Below, one piece after another: positions 27,006-32,000 of a DNA stretch of 32,000 nt. The notes beneath the pieces were generated by a model. That model ran no database searches. It was not told the DNA's origin and saw only the letters and a list, made by a program, of their open reading frames with translations. The translations under genes and the position numbers were made by a program. This stretch comes from Candidatus Thorarchaeota archaeon (lineage in GTDB: Archaea; Asgardarchaeota; Thorarchaeia; Thorarchaeales; Thorarchaeaceae), in assembly GCA_008080745.1 (NCBI GenBank), contig SHMX01000003.1, positions 330,001-362,000 on the forward strand, given 5' to 3'. Positions within the stretch are counted from its first letter, which is position 1. Every line of letters begins with the position of its first letter.

Positions 27006-28991
27006 TTACTTTCGTGAACTCATCCTTTCTCGAATCTTCTCCATCATCTCAGGAGGAATATCCTCAGGATCCATGCCCATTGCTCTCATTTTTTCTATTG
27101 CTTCAGGTGGTATTTCCATGGAACCACCGCCCGATGCAGAAACGGTTCTTGATACCTCAAGTGAGGCTACGCTCGCGATATCTTCTGTTATTTCTGTAAT
27201 CCCTTGATGTGCATAATATGTATCATAGAGATTCTTGAAGACTCCACCATAAGCGAGTAGTTCTTCATGGGTGCCTCTTTCAATTAGTTCACCCTGTTCA
27301 AAGACAAACACACGGGACGCATTCGCAATAGTAGTCAGTCGATGAGCAATAACAATAGTAGTCCGACCTGCAAAGAGCTTTTCCTGAGCCTCTTGAACCA
27401 GTGACTCGCTGTAAGCGTCTAACCTACTGGTCGCTTCATCAAGAATCAGGATTTTTGGGTCCGCCAACATGGTTCGAGCGATAGTGATCATCTGTTTCTG
27501 ACCTGCACTAAGATTCTTTCCGTCCTCTATGATATAGGTATCATAACCATCAGCGAGTACATCAATGAAATCATCAGCTCCAATTAATCGACATAGTTCC
27601 TTAATCTCTTCGTTCGTTGCAGAAGCATTCCCATAACGAATATTCTCGATAATCGTTCCATCAAAGAGATACGGAATCTGAGGAATCAAGGATAGATTAT
27701 CATGAAGGGACTCCAGCTTAATATTTCGTAAGTCCTGATCACCTATCTTGATACAACCCGAATCAGGGTCATAGAACCTATTGATGAGAGCAGCAACCGT
27801 TGTTTTCCCTGCTCCAGTATGACCGACTAAGGCGACGGTTTCCCCTGGTTTAATATGAAAATCAATATTTTTCAAGACAAGAGTGCCTTCAACATATGAA
27901 AAAGTGACATCACGAAAGGTAATTCCATCACTCTCTTCGTGCAATGGTTCTGATTCAGGGGTATCTGCAATTGCAGGTTCCGCCTCTATAACATCAGAGA
28001 TTCGGTCCATAGCAGCTAATGATGCCTGAACTTGGGATGCCATCATTGCAAGATGAAGCAAGGGCCACATAAAATTGCTCACCAGAATAACACCTAGGAA
28101 AAGATCAGCAGTAGTGAGAATCGCTGCAGTTCCTGCTACCAATGATCCTCCAACAAACAATATTGCAGCGATAGCGAAAATACCAATCGAACGCACCATA
28201 GGTTGTAGAGCACTCATCAATATCATAAAACGGAAACCATGCTTGTATGCTTTCTCATTTAATTCAAGCATTTTTTCTGCGATTTCATCCTCACGATTGA
28301 AGGCCTTTGCAATGTGAACACCTGAGAGATTCTCAGCAATCTGTCCAGAAACCTTCCCATAAGCACGACGGCTGGCAAGCATTATCTTTTGACCAACTGT
28401 ACCAAATAAGACAGCAATGAATACAACACCAGGTACTACAACTAATGATGTAAGAGCGATTGTTGGAGAGATTAATACTAGGACGATGAATGTACCAATA
28501 AGTAGAGTCATCTGACTAGCTACATCAATGAAAATTTGGATACCAATTCCAAGACTCTCTGTATCAGAAGTTACTCGTGAAGTGACATCACCAGATTGTT
28601 CAGATTTATGATACGAAAGATCTGTGTCAATAAGATGATTATAGACATCTTGCTGAATCTTTTGGACAAATCCAGCTTGTGCTCCAGATAATACCCAGGT
28701 GTATCCTCCATTGAGAAGCCAGCCAAGTATTCTCAGAATCAGATAGAAAACTACTAAGAATAAGACAGCTTCGATTGTGCTTCCTTCAAGACCCAAAACC
28801 GTGAGCCCTTCTCGTAGAACTAGAGGGTTAATCAGATTAACAACCGTTCCAATAAGAGAGAGAATTGCACCAATTGCAACTAGTTTTCTAAATTTACCAA
28901 GATAACCAAACATTCGTCTGAGTAAAGTACCAACAGGACGGCTGCGCTTTTCTTTATGTCCAAGTAGGCCTCTGGGTCCTCTATGTGCCAT
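27006..28991 (-). CDS. Heterodimeric type IV ABC exporter subunit (TM288/MdlB-like)
   Basis: TMD plus NBD: GHTGAGKTT, LSAGQKQ (deviant signature), ILDEATS, IAHRL; extra Met-rich C-terminal tail. Confidence 0.93.
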   Translation of the reverse strand: MAHRGPRGLLGHKEKRSRPVGTLLRRMFGYLGKFRKLVAIGAILSLIGTVVNLINPLVLREGLTVLGLEGSTIEAVLFLVVFYLILRILGWLLNGGYTWVLSGAQAGFVQKIQQDVYNHLIDTDLSYHKSEQSGDVTSRVTSDTESLGIGIQIFIDVASQMTLLIGTFIVLVLISPTIALTSLVVVPGVVFIAVLFGTVGQKIMLASRRAYGKVSGQIAENLSGVHIAKAFNREDEIAEKMLELNEKAYKHGFRFMILMSALQPMVRSIGIFAIAAILFVGGSLVAGTAAILTTADLFLGVILVSNFMWPLLHLAMMASQVQASLAAMDRISDVIEAEPAIADTPESEPLHEESDGITFRDVTFSYVEGTLVLKNIDFHIKPGETVALVGHTGAGKTTVAALINRFYDPDSGCIKIGDQDLRNIKLESLHDNLSLIPQIPYLFDGTIIENIRYGNASATNEEIKELCRLIGADDFIDVLADGYDTYIIEDGKNLSAGQKQMITIARTMLADPKILILDEATSRLDAYSESLVQEAQEKLFAGRTTIVIAHRLTTIANASRVFVFEQGELIERGTHEELLAYGGVFKNLYDTYYAHQGITEITEDIASVASLEVSRTVSASGGGSMEIPPEAIEKMRAMGMDPEDIPPEMMEKIRERMSSRK

Positions 28992-30835
28992 TATGCAATA
29001 TCTCCTTCATAAGCGACGGTCTCCAGAACTTGTTCAGCACCAGGTAATCTTCGGAATATCTGTCGATAATGCTTTGATGTGCGTAGGAGGTCCTCATGAC
29101 ATCCAGATGCAATCAGCTTTCCCTTATCCACAATTATCACGAGGTCAGACTCCAATAGAGTTCGTAACCGTTGAGTTACAGTGATACTTGTTCGCCCCAT
29201 CATAACCTCCGAGAGTGCCTTTCTCATCATGAATTCAGTCTGGGCGTCAACTGCACTAACTGAATCATCCAATAGTAGAATCTTAGGGTCTTGAATCAAT
29301 GCTCTCGCAATAGCCAACCTCTGACGTTGACCACCACTTAATGTCATTCCTCGTTCGCCAATCCTTGCGTCATATTCCTCCTCTAAATCAAGAATGAATT
29401 CTTCAGCTTGTGCTCTCTGAGCTGCTAGAGCTATCTCCTCATCCGTAGCCTCTTCTCGTCCAAAAGCTATATTGTCCTTGATAGACATTCTGAATAGGAA
29501 GATATCCTGTTCAACCAGACCTACATTATCCCTTACCGTTTCTGTTCTAATTTGCCGTATGTCAGTTCCTCCCACACTTACACAACCTTCCGTGGGATCA
29601 TAGAAACGAAGTAGGAGTTTGAGTATAGTGCTTTTGCCGCCACCTGGGCCTCCAATCAAGGCTACACGGGAACCGCCAGGGATTCTGATGCTAAAATCTT
29701 TGAGCGCATAATGAACATTGTCGCCCCCATTATTATAGGTGAAGCTTACATTATCAAAAACAATTTCACCAGTCCAATCAATTTGTTCAGATTCTTTCTT
29801 GGGCTCTACAAGTGGGTCTTCCCAGTTCAAAATATCCACAATTCTTCTAGCATTGACATATCCACCCCTAAGAACAAGAAGCATTCGGGGTAACATGAAA
29901 TTGAATCCTGAAATTGTAATGAGGAGAGATAACACCTCGATCATCTTTCCTACCGTGATATAGCCCTCTAGAACTGCATAACTACCATAGAAGAAAGCAA
30001 CTGTTGTCATGCCAATGAGAATTAGAGCAGGAATATAGAAGGCTGCCAATCTACCCTCCTTTGCAACCAGTTTTTCATATGTTTTGCTAACATCTTCAAA
30101 TCTCTTTTTCTCCACATCTTCAGCACCAAAGGCTCGTACAACTTCAATCCCACGAAACACTCCCTGTGAAACTGATGTTAGTTCCTCCATCTGTTCTGAT
30201 TTCTCTCTTCTTACTGGCTCGATTGTATTTGCATAACGGTATGCAAAGTATAGATATATCGGAGACCCGAGAAGCATGGTTAAGCTGAATACATGAAGTG
30301 GAAAGCCCAATATGGTGAAGGGAGGATTGACAATGATGGTGAAATCAATCTGAATCAGAAGAATGCTTGTTATCCCGAATGAAGCAAGAGCAAAGACAAG
30401 ATTTCGTAGGGCCGGATTTAGAGAGAAACGGACCCAATTTATATCCTGCATAGCTACAGAGAGTAATTTCTTACTATCTATCTCATCATGGAAAGCCATG
30501 CTATTATCTTGAAGGATTTCAAAGAACTCCTGACGAGCATCTCGTTCCCATCTTAGGGTTACTACAGCCCAAGAGTAACCGACTATGAAGTACATTACTA
30601 GGTAAGTAACACCGATTACAAATATGGTTAGGATAATAGTATTGAATTCTTCGCCCAAACCAACTGTATCTAAAACATCAATTGCTTCACCCAATAGAAC
30701 GTTGGGAAACAGAACTAGAACTGAAGAAATCACTGTGAGAACAAGAGCTCCAAATATTACACCTGGCGACTTTGCCAGGCCAGAAAACATATAGTTAGAT
30801 GCACTTTTGTATTTTTTACGACGTTTATCTGCCAC
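28991..30835 (-). CDS. Heterodimeric type IV ABC exporter subunit (TM287/MdlA-like, degenerate site)
   Basis: GGPGGGKST, LSGGQRQR, Walker B LLLDDS (no Glu), switch VTQR (no His); stop overlaps the partner ATG. Confidence 0.93.
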   Translation of the reverse strand: MADKRRKKYKSASNYMFSGLAKSPGVIFGALVLTVISSVLVLFPNVLLGEAIDVLDTVGLGEEFNTIILTIFVIGVTYLVMYFIVGYSWAVVTLRWERDARQEFFEILQDNSMAFHDEIDSKKLLSVAMQDINWVRFSLNPALRNLVFALASFGITSILLIQIDFTIIVNPPFTILGFPLHVFSLTMLLGSPIYLYFAYRYANTIEPVRREKSEQMEELTSVSQGVFRGIEVVRAFGAEDVEKKRFEDVSKTYEKLVAKEGRLAAFYIPALILIGMTTVAFFYGSYAVLEGYITVGKMIEVLSLLITISGFNFMLPRMLLVLRGGYVNARRIVDILNWEDPLVEPKKESEQIDWTGEIVFDNVSFTYNNGGDNVHYALKDFSIRIPGGSRVALIGGPGGGKSTILKLLLRFYDPTEGCVSVGGTDIRQIRTETVRDNVGLVEQDIFLFRMSIKDNIAFGREEATDEEIALAAQRAQAEEFILDLEEEYDARIGERGMTLSGGQRQRLAIARALIQDPKILLLDDSVSAVDAQTEFMMRKALSEVMMGRTSITVTQRLRTLLESDLVIIVDKGKLIASGCHEDLLRTSKHYRQIFRRLPGAEQVLETVAYEGDIA

Positions 30836-31366
30836 TTAGTATTCCTCCATTCTCTCCTTTATTTTTTCGATCTTATCAGATAACAAATCCAACTGTTTAC
30901 GAAGGAACTTGAGTTTAGGTTCGTCTAACTCGGAGATTTCTTCAAGTAGGATATCCAACCCAAAATGCATTGCTTGCAGATGTAGATCTATTCTATCATT
31001 CACATCAATGAGTATATTCCAGATAACTCGACCAATTCGTACACGATGGTCGACATCAACCTTCTGTTCAAGCATTGTCCGCAACTTGTCAGCCCCAAGC
31101 TCCGAGGTCTTGTAGATTCGGCTTCGTCCCTCTGTTCTCACCTCGTGTATCAGACCGTCCTCTTCCATTGAGGAGAGGAGGGGGTAGATTGACCCGGGAC
31201 TTGGAGTCCATTTTCCATCGCTATGCGCACTTAAGGTCTGCATTACATCCGCACCAGACATCTCATCATCCATCATCATTCGTAGAATGGCAAAACGAAG
31301 AAGACCTCTAGGTACTGATTGAGGCATTCGAATGTGATCACAGTCATGCTCTGAGTGGGGGTTCAT
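30836..31366 (-). CDS. PadR-family transcriptional regulator
   Basis: PRGLLRFAIL...EMSGADVM...WTPSPGSIYPLLSSMEEDGLI...SRIYKTSELG; abuts the ABC genes. Confidence 0.92.
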   Translation of the reverse strand: MNPHSEHDCDHIRMPQSVPRGLLRFAILRMMMDDEMSGADVMQTLSAHSDGKWTPSPGSIYPLLSSMEEDGLIHEVRTEGRSRIYKTSELGADKLRTMLEQKVDVDHRVRIGRVIWNILIDVNDRIDLHLQAMHFGLDILLEEISELDEPKLKFLRKQLDLLSDKIEKIKERMEEY

Positions 31367-31385
31367 TCTTCGCTACATCCGTAAT

Positions 31386-31424
31386 ATCGTATCCGATTAT
31401 CGGATGTGATTATCGAATGCGATA
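31386..31424. promoter_or_regulatory. Three tandem ATCG-N4-(C/T)GAT palindromes at a 13-bp period; candidate PadR operator next to a TATA box
   Basis: Units at 31386 (ATCGTATCCGAT), 31399 (ATCGGATGTGAT) and 31412 (ATCGAATGCGAT); minus-strand TTTATATC at 31421-31428. Confidence 0.6.
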
Positions 31425-31512
31425 TAAAGATATGGATTTCTGCCATTTCTGTCAGGTGGGAAGTTTGATAAGAGAAAGGCTAATGAGAGTAACAGATTGC
31501 GGAGGAAAGAAG

Positions 31513-32000
31513 ATGGCGGAGAAGGCAAAGGTCAAGGAAACCGTTGGCCTATATTCAAAAATCTGGCAATTGCCCTCATTCAAGGGAATTGCGGGTCTGC
31601 TGATTGTGAGCGTCTTAGTGTTGGCATTAGGTCTCGGTACTCTGAAAGCACTAAGCTATCCTACCACGGAACTCTCAGAGATTTATCTGATATATCTGGC
31701 CCTTTTTGCAATTCCAATCTTTTTAGGTACCGCAATGCTTTATCTTCTCGTACGAAAGGAGGGCTCACCTCTAGATCTCAGGAGAACTCTAGGTGCTGTA
31801 CTCTTTGGTATTTTTGCATGGGTTGCTTTTGGAATAATTGGAGGATTGATTGATTTTGTTTTTAATTTGCAGTTTTATGAAGGGCGATTTCTCCTAATTG
31901 GTCTAGGCGTTGCTTATGCATTGTTTTCATTTCTGGTCATTGGAATGAGTGATTATCATCCTGTTAGAAATATTATAGCTGCTTTATTCCTTCCACTCCT
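31513..32000 (+). CDS. Partial DUF2070-like archaeal membrane protein running off the right edge
   Basis: GGAGGA then ATG 31513. My translation MAEKAKVKETVGLYSKIWQLPSFKGIAGLLIVSVLVLALG...PLDLRRTLGAVLFG... is open to the edge with several TM helices. Absent from the ORF track because there is no stop. Confidence 0.7.
   Translation, partial: MAEKAKVKETVGLYSKIWQLPSFKGIAGLLIVSVLVLALGLGTLKALSYPTTELSEIYLIYLALFAIPIFLGTAMLYLLVRKEGSPLDLRRTLGAVLFGIFAWVAFGIIGGLIDFVFNLQFYEGRFLLIGLGVAYALFSFLVIGMSDYHPVRNIIAALFLPL

Noticed and set aside
492-31853. Numerous 60-150 aa ORFs antisense to or nested within the long genes (e.g. 2372-2740, 15194-15547, 20020-20331, 31497-31853)
   Set aside because: They are shadow frames of well-supported genes with no motifs. 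31497-31853 is out of frame with the real membrane-protein gene starting at 31513.

Overview
Gene-dense archaeal chromosomal window. The mix of a longin-domain protein, a long LRR protein, a HEAT protein, archaeal ZPR1, a DUF2070-like membrane protein and a tRNA with a bulge-helix-bulge (BHB) intron points to an Asgard archaeon, possibly Thorarchaeota (inference). Left to right: HEAT-repeat protein; NfnAB transhydrogenase; a MoxR AAA+ gene with a HExxH-zincin/vWA partner; then, divergently, a tightly spaced cluster of a catalytically degenerate AAA, an SMC with SMC5/6-type motifs, a kleisin, a tandem winged-helix (KITE) protein and a Zn-ribbon/wHTH protein. A 4-kb accessory segment follows (short high-GC3 ORF, secreted prenyltransferase-fold protein, LRR protein), marked by three direct copies of an unexplained 32-35 bp sequence. 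The rest holds a GbsR-type regulator, K+-independent H+-PPase, NYN-LOTUS protein, intron-containing tRNA-Ala(UGC), ZPR1, an NPRL2-like longin protein, an 8-TM protein, a heterodimeric ABC exporter with PadR and a triple operator, and a partial DUF2070-like gene. Best candidates for new biology: the five-gene SMC5/6-like cluster with its two accessory genes, and the 35-bp repeat-bounded segment. All family calls are by-eye motif recognition; no database search was run.
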